Below, one piece after another: positions 35,758 through 50,230 of a stretch of 64,000 bases of DNA. The notes beneath the pieces are model-generated. The model was not told the DNA's origin. It was given only the letters and a program-made list of their open reading frames with translations, and made no database searches. The position numbers and the translations under genes were made by a program. How positions within the stretch are numbered: the first letter of the stretch is position 1; every line of letters begins with the position of its first letter. This DNA is from Ostrea edulis (Eukaryota): NCBI RefSeq assembly GCF_947568905.1, contig NC_079165.1:83700001-83764000 (forward strand), read 5' to 3'.

Positions 35758-36348
35758 AGAGAGATGGAGAGAGACCGTCCTACTTCGATGTACAATATCA
35801 GTGGCGGATTTAAGGAGGTGCAGCCGGCGCCCCCCCCCCCCCCCTAAAAATTTCAAATTTAAGGTAAATCGTGGTATCTTCTTTAGAAAAATGTACTCAA
35901 CGATAAAAGAAGCAATAATTTCTTCCACTCCCTGAGAAATAAATGACAAAATCTTTTGATTTCTTGAATTACTTTATTGGGAGAACTTAATTTTTTCTAA
36001 AAATCCTTAAAATTAGCGTCATTTTATTATTTTCACCTCAAGGCGGTTCGCAGACCCCCTGCCTCATAAAGTGGCGCCCCCCGTAACCACAATTCCTGGA
36101 TCCTTGAAAATATTATCGCATATCCACACTTGTCTTGGATATGCGCATTTATCTCCGTAACTGTATCCTCGTCAGTTTTTACTAAAAGGGAAAGGGGGGG
36201 GGGGTTCTTATTTATTCCGGGAAATTTAATTCTGCAATAGTCTAATATATATTGACACGTACACGTCACGTCCTTTCTGGAACATTCTTCCAAACGGCGT
36301 GGTCATCAATTTGGTGCAGCATCAATTCTATCCATATCACTTTAAAAT

Positions 36349-38458
36349 ATGCCCAAGACCAAATCAAAAAGGGGGGCACCCAGATCCACGACGTCGGACC
36401 AGTCTCAACATGCTCAGGCAGTACAGACAGGGCGTAATCGCAGGACACGGAGAAGCAATGCTGACCCCAGCGTAGCACATGGCGGAGTCCAGCCACAGAT
36501 ACCTGTCGTCCAGCCACAGATACCTGTCGTCCAGCCTCAGATACCTGTCCTCCATCCCAAAAACCACTTTTAACCCCCACAGCGGGTGCAGCCTGGGGTA
36601 GAATTAACGCCAAGTACAGGTAATGATATTTTGCACAATGAATTTAATCAGGGCCTACAACCGTTACCTACAATGATCAATTCAAACCAGGCCCCATTGG
36701 CATATCATGTTATTATGGAGCGCCAAATTAACATAAACTCAAATAATTGAAGATATCTTCAATTATTTGAAGATATCATCAATTAAATTATTGCTCACTT
36801 TAATTGAATTAATGCGCGCATTAAATCAATTATTGCTCTAATCAAATGAATTAATGCGCGCTTCAATTCTATTATTGCTCACATCAATTGAATTAATGCG
36901 CGCATCAATTGAATTAATGAGAGCAATAATTGATTTAATGCGCGCATTAATTCAATTATTGCTCTCTTCAATTCAATTGATGCGCGCATTAATTCAATTA
37001 ATGAGAGCAATAATAGATTTGATGCGCGCATTAATTCAATTATTGCTCTCTTCAATGCATTTGATGAGAGCATCAATTTAGTAGAAATATTGCTCGCAAT
37101 AATTAATTTAGAGCTCGGTTTAAATAATTTGATGATCTCTTTAATTCAATTGAAGATATCTTTAAATCATTTACAATGCTTTTGTATAAGGAATTAATGC
37201 GCGCATCAATTCTTTTAAAGAGAGCAACAATTCAATTAAAGATATCATTAATTCAATTGTGGATATGTTGAATTGAAGATATCTTTAATTATATAGTTGC
37301 TCTCTCTAAAAGAATTATTGCTCTCTTCAAATGAATTAAAGATATCATTAATTCAATTGAAGAGAGCAATAATTGAATTAATGCGCGCATTAAATCAATT
37401 ATTGCTCTCATCAAATGAATTAATGCGCGCATCAATTCAATTATTGCTCTCATCAATTGATTTAATGCGCGCATTATATCAATTATTGCTCTCTTCAATT
37501 GAATTGTAGCGCGCATCAATTCAATTGTTGATATCATTAATTCATTTGAAGAGATCATTAATTCGATTGAAGCGCGCATCAATTCAGTTGAAGAATTAAT
37601 GCTATCATCAATTTAATTAATGCGCGCAGTAATTCAGAATTGAAGATATCATTAATTATTTGAAGAGATCTTTAATTCAATTGTTGCGCGCATCAAATGA
37701 ATTAATGATATCTTCAAATAATTGAAGATATCTTCAATTATTTGAGTTTATGTTAATTTGGCGCTCCATATGTTATAACCACACTAAACATAAAATAGTC
37801 AACGGTGAATTTGTTAATTTAGCCACTTTGCTTGTACGTGACAGCAGTAATTCTCAGATAACATCTATTCTCTCAGTCAACAAATTTGGCCAAATTATTG
37901 CATATCCTAAGCAATCAAACAAAATCACTACTATTGAACGCTGGACAGATGCGTTCCTCAAATTTACTAGCATATATATTGCTGCTCATCCAGAAAAAAA
38001 CACAGCAATTATTAAAGTACGTCCACGACGTTAGACTGGGGGCAGAAAAGTCACAGGGTTGGCCTAATTATGACGAGCAGTTTCGCTTGCGCATGGCAAC
38101 TAATCCGTCTATGGACTGGGGCAGGGTTGATGCAGAGCTTTGGCTCATTTACATGACCCCTTCAAACACCCCATCCCCCCAGCCACCATCAAATCAGTAT
38201 CTCAAGTGCTTTGATTATAATTACAAGGGGTCGTGCCACAAGATTCAGTGTAGATATTTACACCGTTGCCTTAAGTGTGGCGACAACCATCCGTCAAGTG
38301 ATTGTGCTAAAACCCAGGCTAAGGCGGGCAAACCAGGGGGACCAAGCAACAATCAGCCCTTTTGGGCCAATAGCAACCAGTCACAATCCTTTAGCCCAAG
38401 CCAAACCAGACAGCAGTCTGGATATATGGGCCCTGGCAAATTCGCCAATAAATACTAG
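36349..38458 (+). pseudogene. gag: Gag-like ORF1, copy 2 (TAA at 36571, foldback insertion, extra A in an A-run near 37994-38000)
   Basis: ORF-track pieces 36349-36573, 37750-38034 and 37886-38458. Confidence 0.85.
36715..37769. mobile_element. Foldback element, copy 2 (1055 bp)
   Basis: Same TIR and flanks; +42 bp of subrepeats relative to copy 1. Confidence 0.9.
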
Positions 38459-40042
38459 CATAGTTGTTAGTTATCTCCACACATACCCAGACACTACATC
38501 AGCTATTTCTTTAAAAAAAAAATGGTCTAATTCGGGGGTTTAGATTGCAGTATTCGGGTCCTCGACTGCCAATGTTTTGTAGTAATCTTGTATCAGCCAC
38601 TGAGCACACAGAGGTGTTGCAAGAAAAAATCCATAAAGAGGTGCTTGAAGGGCGAATGGCTGGTCCTTTTGACCACCCCCCATTGCATGATTTACACGTT
38701 TCCCCAATAGGTGTCGTTCCGAAGGCAGATGGCGGTTGGCGCATGATCACACATCTTTCTTACCCACCGTCAAATAGTATAAACCACCATATCGACCCGG
38801 TTCACAGATCTGTTAAGTATACCTCATTTGATACTGTAGTCCAAACCATTAGTCTTCTGGGCAAGGGGACGTTCATTGCAAAAGTTGATATCAAAAGTGC
38901 GTTCAGGTTAATTCGGGTTCATCCAGCTGATTTCGAACTCTTGGGCTTGCATATGAATGGCAGTTTTTATATTGATGAGTGTTTACCTTTTGGTTGCGCT
39001 ATTTCATGCAAAAGTTTTGAAATGTTCTCATCATTTTTAGAGTGGTTGGTCATAGCTAAATCAGGGATTGAAACGGTTCACCATTACTTGGATGATTTTA
39101 TTTTTGCAGGCAGTGCGCATACAAGCCATTGTCATGTCCTTATGCATACATTTCAGTCTACGTGTGTCGAGATGGGAATACCTTTGAACCAGGATAAATC
39201 TGTTCAACCCACTACCTGTTTAATATTTCTCGGTCTGGAGATTGATACTATCAAAATGCAAATTAGAATACCCCGAGAAAAGGTTGACGAAGTCATGAAT
39301 CTCCTACTCTTCTGGGTCTCGAAAAATAAAATTAAGTTATCTACCCTTCAGAGCCTGGTGGGCAAGTTAAATTTTTTTTGGCAAAGCAATACTCGGTAGC
39401 AGGGCATTCAACCGTAGATTTTACAACGCCACGATTGGTCCCACTAAGCCATCGCATCATATCAGAATCAATCACTCAATGCGTGAAGACATGAATACAT
39501 GGATAAGTTTTTTGAGGGGATTCAATGGTGTAGTGTATTTCCCAGAGAGGGAGTGGGCCACCCACAACACTTTACAACTGTTCACGGACTGTGCAGGTGG
39601 ATCTAGTTTAGGTTGCGGGTGTTATTTTCAGGGTCAGTGGACCTACCTTCAATGGCCACATGATTGGACCATTACTTCAATCTTGAAAGACATCACATTT
39701 TTAGAACTTGTGCCCATTGTACTAGCCATATCAGTATGGGGCAGTAGGTTGCAAAACAAAAAGATACTATTTCATGTGGACAATATGGCCTTAGTACACA
39801 TTCTTAACAAACAGTCATCTAAGTCACATCGGGTTATGTCGTTTGTTAGGCCACTTATCCTTCAAACATTGCACTTCAATATTCAGTTCAAAGCCCAGCA
39901 TATCCCTGGGAAAACAAATAAAATTGCTGATTCTATATCTCGCAAGCAGTGGGACTTGTTCAGGAACCTGGCACCTACAGCCGATCACAACCCTCAGCTA
40001 ATCCCAGCTTCGTTCCAGAGGCTGCTTTGTCAAGTGAAATAA
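38211..40042 (+). pseudogene. pol: RT/RNase H, copy 2 (two frameshifts)
   Basis: Breaks at the T3A10 tract (~38510-38522) and at the T8 run (~39372-39379); YLDD retained. Confidence 0.9.
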
Positions 40043-40892
40043 GCCGCCTTTTACACTCATCCTTGTCAGCAAACACCAACCAAGCATATATGGTGGGTAT
40101 TCAGGCATTCAACCATTTCCGTAGCATTCAGGGACTACCTAACACATGGCCACCACCGGATGCTCACATCAATACATTTATTGCACATTTATCCATACAC
40201 GGTTACAAGCAATCCACAGCTAAAGCATACATTTCTGCCATTAGTTTTTATTGCAAACTCCACTGGAATGCGGATCCGACTAAGCATTTTATAGTGCAGA
40301 AATTGTTGCAGGGTATGAAGCGCACAAATTCAATATCGGATGCCCGTTTACCTATCACATTGGGCATTTTGGAACTAATCATAAATAAACTACAGGTGGT
40401 ATGCTCCAGCATGTATGAGACCCTTCTTTTTAAAGCATCATTCTCACTAGCTTTTAATGCCTTGCTTAGGATAGGGGAATTTGCTTTGTCAAAGGGCAAT
40501 TCTGTGGATCGGGTTTTACATACTGGGGACTATTTAACAATTCACATTAGATATTCGAAAACTGACCAATTAGGTAGGGCACCACATTGACAGTACATAA
40601 GATGACCGGAACTACTTGTCCAATACAGGCCATGCACGATTATATGGAGGTTAGGGCACCGAAAGCGGGGCCATTATTTTGTCATTACTCTGGTCAGCCT
40701 CTTACTCGTTACCAGTTTACCTCAGTTTTGTCACGCTCGCTTAATTTAGCGGGGATAGACAGTAGGCACTTCAAATCCCACTCGTTTCGCATTGGTGCAG
40801 CAACTACACTCGCTCAACAAGGCATGTCAGCCGAAGTTATTCAAGCGGCAGGTCGATGGAGATCTGTTGCATATCAGTCATATATTCGCTAA
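39949..40892 (+). pseudogene. Tyrosine recombinase, copy 2 (shared frameshift plus 18-bp in-frame deletion of ISLHTN)
   Basis: The first ORF piece is 213 aa versus 219 aa in the other copies; same catalytic motifs. Confidence 0.9.
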
Positions 40893-40907
40893 TCTCTTAA
40901 CGTTCAT

Positions 40908-41537
40908 ATGCCTTGGGTATTTGCATGCCTAACATTCACCAAGTTCTTCATAGGTCCAATTAAAGTGTGGATTGTTGGATCCTCCATTATTAAGAGGGCA
41001 GCAGTGGCTGCCAGATCCAGGACAGGGGGACCAAACCTTAACGTTCCAAACACGACCATTTGGTGGCAAGGTTACGGGGGTATGAATTTATACGAGTTGG
41101 TGCCGAAACTTAAAATATTACAGCAGGTGCAAGATATTCCTGATCTTATCATTGTTCATTGTGGGGCAAACAACCTTGGCCGTACCAACCTGTGGTCACT
41201 GGTCAGACTTCTTCAGTCTGCTATACTAGAAATAACCAAACGTTTTCCTAGTGTGAAATTAGTGTGGTCCTCACTGCTACCTAGATTTAGTTGGCGTTAT
41301 TCTACACAGATACAGGCAATGGAAAACGCCAGAGCAAGAATTAACAGGGAGGGTATTAGGCTAATAGCTTCAAAGGGTGGGGCGTTCATCAAACACACAC
41401 AATTTGAAGCTAAGCCCGTTCATCTGTATCATTCTGATGGTGTGCATCTGTCACAGCTCGGGAATGACTTATTTCTCAATAATCTACAAGGTACCCTTGA
41501 AACCTTCATTGGTGGCAGGGTTAATGCGTTTCCTTAG
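40908..41537 (+). CDS. SGNH hydrolase, copy 2, intact
   Basis: 209 aa, identical in translation to copy 1. Confidence 0.85.
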   Translation: MPWVFACLTFTKFFIGPIKVWIVGSSIIKRAAVAARSRTGGPNLNVPNTTIWWQGYGGMNLYELVPKLKILQQVQDIPDLIIVHCGANNLGRTNLWSLVRLLQSAILEITKRFPSVKLVWSSLLPRFSWRYSTQIQAMENARARINREGIRLIASKGGAFIKHTQFEAKPVHLYHSDGVHLSQLGNDLFLNNLQGTLETFIGGRVNAFP

Positions 41538-42618
41538 ACCTGTTTCGATTTGCGGCAATCTGGTTAGCGGTGACCATTTGAGTTGGCGTACTGCCGCCGT
41601 CACCACGGTTCTGGGCACTCCCTTTGTGGCGGTTGCAGTCCCACAAACGCTCCTGTTTCACGGGCGTGTGTGGCACGTGCAAGTGGCGTTTCGGCGCACC
41701 CCAACTCAAATGGAGGAGTGCACCCAATATTCTGCAGCTTCATGCCATGAACTTGAAAATTTGCAGTATTGATTGATGATTGAATTGCTGATTGAATGAT
41801 GGAATTGTTGACATTGAATTGTCGGACTATTGATTGATTGATTTAATATCTTAATTCTTGTATTATTGATTGATTTATTGTATTTGCATTTGGTGACGTT
41901 GTGCACTTGCGTTTACCCAGTGCGCAATTCGCCCATCTGGTGCCGTCACATTTCATTGATTGATTGATTGTTGAGGGGGCGGCTCTGTGGTAGCCCCCAA
42001 CCATCACCGCGGCCAAGAGCGCCAAAACAAATAAATACCGTTCATTATTATAGTGGTTGTACAGTGTTATTTTTGGACAGGAATCGGTGATAAAAAATAT
42101 ATATACTCATGCTCATCATTATACATACATGTAATCACCTTGTACCTTATTGGAGAAGGCTTATATAGGCTGCAAGCCTGCTGCCTAATCCATTTATGCT
42201 TCATACATATTATTTGCATTACAAAATAACAAAAAAGAATATTGTTATTAAAGGTGGGGGACAGACACTCTTGTCACCTCCCCTTGATTCTATGGGTTTG
42301 ATAACGACACATAATATGATAAACTCGATTATTACATTTGCATTAGTACAATTTGCATCGAGTTCAACGCAGAATGTAATAACGCAAAATGACATAGATA
42401 TATATAAGATCTATTGAGCGCCAAATTAGCATAAAATGAAGTAATTGAAAATAACATTATTAAAAGATATGTTTAATTTTTAATTATTGTGTGTTTTAAA
42501 TGAATCAAACAAATCTGTATTATCAATTGATGAGAGCAATATTGAGTTACTAGTACTGTTCTCTTTTAATGAATTAACGATATCATTTGTCTTAATAAGA
42601 GCGCGATTATTACAAGGT

Positions 42619-42675
<57 letters not shown>

Positions 42676-45600
42676 ATCCCATACACTCGTACAGTGTTGT
42701 ATATGCAAATTATATATGCATAAACAATTTATGTAGCTAAATGATTTCCTGATTTATAAATCTGCAATACTCTGACCAGTAAATCATATGGTATAAGGAT
42801 TCATGCACAATACAGGGTAAATATTCTACTCTGATACTTCCCCTGATTGAAGATAGCTGATCGGCACGGGCTAAGTGCAAGGTGAAGATAACGAACAGTG
42901 ATCAATCTCATAATTCCTACAAGCAATACAAAATAGATAGTTGGGCAAACACGGACCCCTGGACACACCAGAGGTGGGATCAGGTGCCTAGGAGGAGTAA
43001 GCATCCCCTGTTGACCGGTCAAACCCGCCGTGAGCACCATATCCCGATCAGGTAAACGGAGTTAGCCGCAGTCAAATTCAGTGTGCCAAGAACGGCTTAA
43101 CAATCAGTATGAAACACGTCAGACAGCATTTGACCCAATGCGAGGTTGTATTGACGAACTAGATCGTTATAACAACCATAGAATTTGCGAAATGCTGACT
43201 AAGTGTGTCGCAGGCTGTACAATGGTATTTACTGTTGGAATGCAAATGGAGTTTATCGTTTTGTTTCATGGATTATGCAAATAACGGGAGTTTTACTACT
43301 ACTTAGAGTATTTTCGACAAGTGTACACGTACATTTGCGGTCCTTTACAGATATTACGAGTAGACCCAGGTAAATAGTCGTCCGCATTCGATGCGTTTTC
43401 ATGGCGAGCATACATGTCATGTTTATAAGTACAAAATTACTTATTTATTTGCCTTTTACTTGAAGTAATTGTGAATGGAATAGATTGTATACCCTTTGCT
43501 TATTCCATTGTATCAATAGATAATAGATGAAATATTTCTCCGCGTTTTTGTATAGTTTTGACATATTTACTGCAAATGTACCGACACTCACGTAAAGAAA
43601 AGGCATTCTATATATATTTATCCAAAGCTTTTGAAATGATTTACTATTGTACGATATGTTTACTATAATTTTGAGCACTGCGCGGTGTTCCAAAACGTGA
43701 TTTCATTTCTTCTTGATGTCCTGTAAATTAGTATCGGAAATGTACGTGTTACCTGTCGAAGCTATCCGTACAGGTAAATCGAAGACACTGATGTGAAGTG
43801 AAGCGTAGCAAAACTCGTCCCCTTATATACCATGCGAACCCTGATACATATAACAATAGAATATCCAACTAATATGGCGGATTAGCAGAGAAATATGTCG
43901 GACATATAAAATTATACTATATTTATTAATTCATGTCAGCTTTAATCACATGTATTTGTTCAGAAGATGACATTGTTTAATGATTGACCAATGCAGTTTT
44001 TTGTATTTAGATGCATTGTTTGTTGAAAGGTGAAGATAACGAACAGTGATCAATCTCATAACTCCTATCAACGATATAAAATAGATAGTCGGGCAAACAC
44101 GGACCCCTGGACACACCAGAGGTAGGATAAGTCGCCTACGAGGAGTAAGCATCCCCTGTTGACCGGTCAAACCCACCTTGATTCCTATCGTTATAACGAC
44201 CATAGCATTTGCGAAAAGCTTATTTTTAACGAGACTGTTGAATCCCCTGTACCATCAACTTGTTTATCAGTAGCTTGTCTCGATTTAAAAACTGACCATA
44301 CGCAGAACAAGCCCTTGCGTATCGAATCAGTTGAGAGATATAAACACCATATGCAGGTGATCATGAATATTGCTACATACATATGGTAAGTTGACGATGG
44401 AGAAGCTACAAGCATACCGTTTGTCATAAAGTTGAGTTGTTAGTTTGCCGTTAATATCTACTTTCAATAAGATATGTATCAATGAATCTTAGCTTTCGGG
44501 TTTCGATAAATCAGCATGCACATTCGACAATTCAATATTTAGTGTCTTTCGGAAATGTACTTTATTACAAAATCTAACATTCATACAGACATCAGTGATT
44601 TTTTTCTCTCGTTTTCCTATATATTTGACTTTATATCCACAGAGTGGATCCGACACTACTAGGTAACGTGTAATATTGGTTTGAAAAACTACCATAATGC
44701 CCTATCCTTTTTAGCTGTCACAATGGTTACTGGTTCTTTTACAAAGTCTTCTAAATGAAGTGCAATATATCAATTGAAACGAGTTTTTATACACTGAGGA
44801 ATACAACATCATTATATTATAATAACTGTACAAAAAGGAAAACATTTGAAAATGCGAAAATAAGAGTTTCAATCATTTGGTCAGAGTTTCGGGATGTGGA
44901 TAAATCTTCGTCGTTTCCAATCCTACAAAACAAAACGTCACAGATAATAACGACGAAACAAAACATCACAAATAATAACGACAAAAATATGTTTAATAAT
45001 CTATGTTTGACACTTTATCTGCGAAGTCATCTTCGCAAGCCTAGTGTCTGATTCGCTTTCCCTCATCTCCCTTAGAGTAAGCGAATCGGACACTTGGCTT
45101 GTGAAGTTGCTGCATAGCATGCACTAAACATCTAATAAAACTTGAATCATTCCTTTTTATTCCTATCATTTTTGATTTACAAAAACCTATTGATGATACA
45201 TAGCGTTTATAATGCAATTTCATCATACTTTTATTTTGGACTTTGCATTCGTCTACTGATCACGATTCTCGTCCTTTGAAGTCCCAGCCGTCATTTCTGT
45301 TTTGTTCGTGAAATGCTATGACTACAAATAGACAGAGTAATTGGAATTTCATATAAAGATGTCTCCTGGATGTATGTTCTGCAAGGCAATCTCAAATATA
45401 TCGACTATTGCAAGACACTCATCGTGTATAATGAACACAAGAGTTCGAATTGTCTTCTAGAAAACAGGAAACATTTTCCTAGTCAGGGAATAGAATGAGC
45501 ACAAAATAAAGATAAAGTGATCATTCATAGGTGGGATCAGGTGCCTAGGAGGAGTAAGTATCCCCTATCGACCAGTTACACCCGCCGTAAGCCCTATATG

Positions 45601-48600
45601 TTTGTCAGGTAAAAAGAGTTATTCGTAGCCAAATCAGTGTGCCAAGAACGGCCTTACAATCGGTATGAAACACGTCAGACAGCATTTAACCCAACGACCG
45701 TAGAATCTGCGAAATACTGACTTTAAACGAGACTGCTAAAAACCTTGCAGCATTTTTGGAGGAACGTTTTATTACAGAGTATAAGTTGATTCGTAATCGA
45801 ATCATTGCACGAGAAGGAAGTGCATCCTCTGGATTACTGATATATAGGCTTATAGGAGTATAGTAGATTTATTGCAGTTATTTAAATTAAGCTAACCGAG
45901 ACCATGGATGTTGGATGTTGTGATTATTGGGAATTCCACTTCAAATATCAAGTGTACTGTAGAATTTTAACCTGAACAATCGAAACATACAACTTCATTT
46001 TTATGGAATAAGTGGGTGAATGATCAGACTGAAAAGGGGAAGAAAACGAACAGTGATCCATCTCATAACTCCTATAAAAATACAAAATTAACAGTAGGGC
46101 CATCATGGACCCTTGGATATACCAGAGGTGGAATCAGGTGCCTATGTGTAGTATACATCCTCTACCGACTGGTCACACCCACCGTGAGCCCTGTATCTTA
46201 AACAGGTAAACGGAGTAATAATTTGTCAAAATCAGTACATATGTTTTGAAATACACATAATATTACTTTGAAGTTGTTTATAATACTAGTAGGCCAGGAA
46301 TTAGTTTCAACAAGGTAAGACCATGCCGAAATAAGGTAACATAAGTTTTGAATTTCTTAATCAAAGCAACTCGGTTTCAGCTGGCAAATGAAAATGGAGT
46401 GAGCTGTTGGATGTAGACGATAGGGAAAAGAAAATAACCCATAAAATATCCTTCAAAGTGACGAAATTTCTAACTTCAGAATTAAAAAATAATAGACACT
46501 GAATTTTCTTTCACTAAAATTCCAGACTTTTTTGTGAACTGTCAGTCGACTGAATGTCACAAGTTCATCCTGATATTAGACCATAGTTAACACCTATAGT
46601 CCTAAACCTAATTATCCAATGAAAAGGTGAGGATAACAGTGACCAATCTCATAATTCGTATAAAAAATACAAAATTAAGTGTAGTAGGGCAAACATGGAC
46701 CAATGTGCACAAATCGGGAACATGTTCTAATGTATTGAACGTAGTGCATCGTGCTTGCTTTCTTTTCCACATAGTATTACAAGAATGCATTACGTCAGTA
46801 ACGTGACACCCTATAGGAAAGCAAGAATAATTCTTTGTTTCAACCATCCGCTAAATGAAGTTAACGTCAGGGTTGCAGGTACAGGGATTTAATTCAATGT
46901 CAAATAGTGTGATTTAATTCATTCTTTCTCTTTTATTTGATCATGATGTATCAATTGGAGTTATTTTAATAACTTGTAGGCAGAGAAGTGCTTTGACCAG
47001 CGAACTTTTATGAAATTATATATATTTTCTATTTTTCATGAATTTTGTAAGATTGCAGCAACAATAGGATTCTTTTTTGAAATTTCCTTCAGAACCTCTT
47101 GAAGGATTTTGATGGAAATTGATAGGGATTATGTACTAAATACTCAATATAAGTATTGTTCTTATTTAGTCCGAATACGTCAAAAGGTGGCGTCATTATT
47201 TTCAAAAGTAGGTTACTGAATGTACTGTCATTTTGTGCTAATTATAGAAGCTGGCAATTTCAGTGGAAAGGAGTTCGGGTACATATAGGTTTGACTGCTT
47301 TAGTATAAAGTATTATCATAAGTCTATTTGTAGAATGTTTTAAATGTAGGTGTTTTAGATATGAATGGCAAATATAAAATATTGCCATGGCAACGATCAA
47401 AATTTTAAAATTTTGTATTACAAGAAAATACTCTCAGGTATATTATCTATTTTGCAAAACCTTGTTTAAATACCTTTCAATTAATACGAAAATATAAAGA
47501 ATCCTGAAAAACGAGTATCTTTATATATTTTTTAAATTTCATTCGTTCTAAAAGTAAATAAATCGAGCAAACGACGCCTTTGAAAGAAATGATATCAGAA
47601 AGCAAGCTTAACATAGACGTAATTAACAAAAAAGAATCAGGAAAATTCTGACTGCTTTGAATGCTTGAAAGAGATGTTTCTCTGTCTCAGAAAAGTTCAA
47701 TTTAATGAACATTGTGATTTTCGTCTTGAAACTGGAAACCTTAACCTCAAATAGATAACGTATGAAATTTTCGCAGTTTGCGAATAACAGCTACATATAT
47801 ATAGCTGCATTAATTATTTAAACAGGTTGACATAGACGGATTGTAATGTTATGAAAGTTGGCATGAACAACATCCGGGAAATAGAAAAATATATTTAGTC
47901 TTATTACAGTTCTGAACTTCGAAAATAAAAGAATCAGGATGAAGGTAAGTTTTACATCACGAGTGTTGAAATACCAGACACGGAGTCCCGATTAGGGAAA
48001 GTTGCCGTTCCTGTCGAACACCCCTTTTTCGCAGTTAGCAAATTTTATATATACATGTTTATATATCTATATATAATATAGACTATCTATTTTGTATTGC
48101 TTGTTGGAGTTATGAGATTGAACACTGTTCGTTATCTTCACCTTTCACCATGATATATTGAACATGAATAATGTTTCTATATGGCAATAAAATCAACAGG
48201 ATAAATATTTATTTGTTCAAAGAAGAAAACATCATTAAAAAGAATAAAGACTTGAAATAATTTTTGCAGCCAAGATAAATAGACATGTTTCATTAACACA
48301 TAAAAATAAACTTACGATACAAAACTTTCCACCACGAACTAGCATCCGCCATCGATATTTCCGTTTGAACTCCTTTTTCTGAGGTAGATATGCAACCTGA
48401 AATTAATCAAAGAAGTGAAACACCACGTGATATGTATTTGCAAAAGTATTCTCCAGTGACATTTTAGTTTTCATTTTGAAAACCGATAGAAGCCAAGGAC
48501 TCTGTATAAAGTGCTTGTATTATTCTCTCATAACAAGGAATATCGGTTTCGTACGCTATCCAACGAAAAACCCATGCCTTTAGAAGATGTGATTATTTAC

Positions 48601-49756
48601 GAAATTATAATTCTTAGGGATAAGACACAAAATACATCAAAAATCTTGAGCACACTGGTTCCGAATTTTTGTCCAATGGCTTGAAAGAGATGTTTCTTTG
48701 TCTCAGAAAAGTTTAATTTCATGTACATTTCGTCTTCAAAGTCGGATGTTTGTCAATTAGATGTATACAGGGGATGATTACTCCTCCTAGGCACCTGATC
48801 CCACCTCTGGTGTGTCCAGGGGTCCGTGTGTGCCCAACTATCTATTTTGTATTGCTTGTAGGAGTTATGAGATTTATCACTGTTCGTTATCTTCACTTTT
48901 CACGATAAAGATGATGAAGTTCTTGGTTAGTAATAATTACATAGTCTTCGGTGATCAATTCTTCTAGAGGTCTGTCTGGATACTCATGGGTGCAACTTGT
49001 GCTCCATTATTAGCGGACCAGTTTTTGTATTCGTGTGAGGTAAAATCTAATCAATGGCTTCTACATGAAAAAAATGTGCTGCTCTGGCCTTCATCTAGAC
49101 ATGTAAGTTGCATCAAGGATGTTTTATTTATCAAAATACTCATTTTCATTCATATGTTGATTTGATATATCTCGGGAAACTGGAACTGAAAGACACTTCA
49201 GAGTCGATAATATTGACCCATATTTGGGTTTTTGATTGAACATAGATGTCAAAGTCAAACTAACAACACATTTATATGACAAACGAGATGACTCCAGCTT
49301 CTCCACCGTCATTTCCCCGACATTCATGTAGTCATATTGCTTTATCACCTGCATATGGTGTTTATATCTCAAATGATTTAATATGCAAGAGTGTGTTCTG
49401 AGTATGATCAATATTCAAATTAAGGCAGGCTACTGACAGATAAGCTGAGGTTACAAGAGTTTCGACAGTCTCGTTTAAAGTCAGCATTTAGCAATTTTTA
49501 TGATTATTATGACGATTTTATTTTCAAAAACAACATTTCGTTAAGCCGAATGCTATCTGAGGTGTTTTATATCAATCATTAGACCGTTCTTTACATGCTT
49601 ACTCCGTTTGCCTGGTAAAGACATACAGCTCATGACGAGTTTGACCAGTCAATAGGGAATGATTATTCCTCCTAGGCACCTGATCCTGTCTCTGGTACGT
49701 CCAGCGCTCCTTTTTTCCTTACATGTATATTACGTTTTTATTCTTTATAGGATTAA

Positions 49757-50230
49757 TCATCTTCACAAGTGAAGGGTTAATGATTCGTTACATCGCACTG
49801 ACCCTTGACATCAGTCGCTATATAGAAGTTGGGCCAATTAGACCATTACACAATCCACTATAAATAAAACATCCAATGAAATCATTGCATCTTGTTATGT
49901 ACATGGATACAAATGACGCGATCTCATACTGCTGTATTGTAATATTGTAACACGCGCAATTGTAATATTTACACCACTAAGAACGTTTATTGATAGTAGA
50001 TCAAGTTTGGAAACCTTTCGGTTTAGGACAATATTAGCTATAACTGTAGGTATCAATACACGTGTTTTTATTTGAATCTCTCACTTCGCGTTGTTATAAA
50101 TAAAACCGCATTCTCATTGGTTCCCACTATTTCGTGGAAACAATCAGAACGGACCCAACTTATTGATAGTGACTGATGTCAAGGGTTAGTACGAGGTAAC
50201 GAATCAATAACCCTTGACTTGTGAAGATGA
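49757..50230. mobile_element. 474-bp MITE, copy 3
   Basis: Same TIRs and flanks as copy 2. Confidence 0.8.

Larger units (their letters stand above)
36250..42040 (+). mobile_element. Ngaro-like YR retrotransposon, copy 2
   Basis: Same ORF set; extra private lesions in gag, RT and YR. Confidence 0.9.
34569..43941. mobile_element. TTAA-flanked Kolobok-like element, copy 2 (9.37 kb)
   Basis: TTAA at 34565-34568 and 43942-43945; same 22-bp TIRs. Confidence 0.8.
21884..43945. repeat. Tandem macro-repeat unit 2 (~22.06 kb)
   Basis: Collinear, highly similar copy of 59-21883 with small indels. Confidence 0.95.
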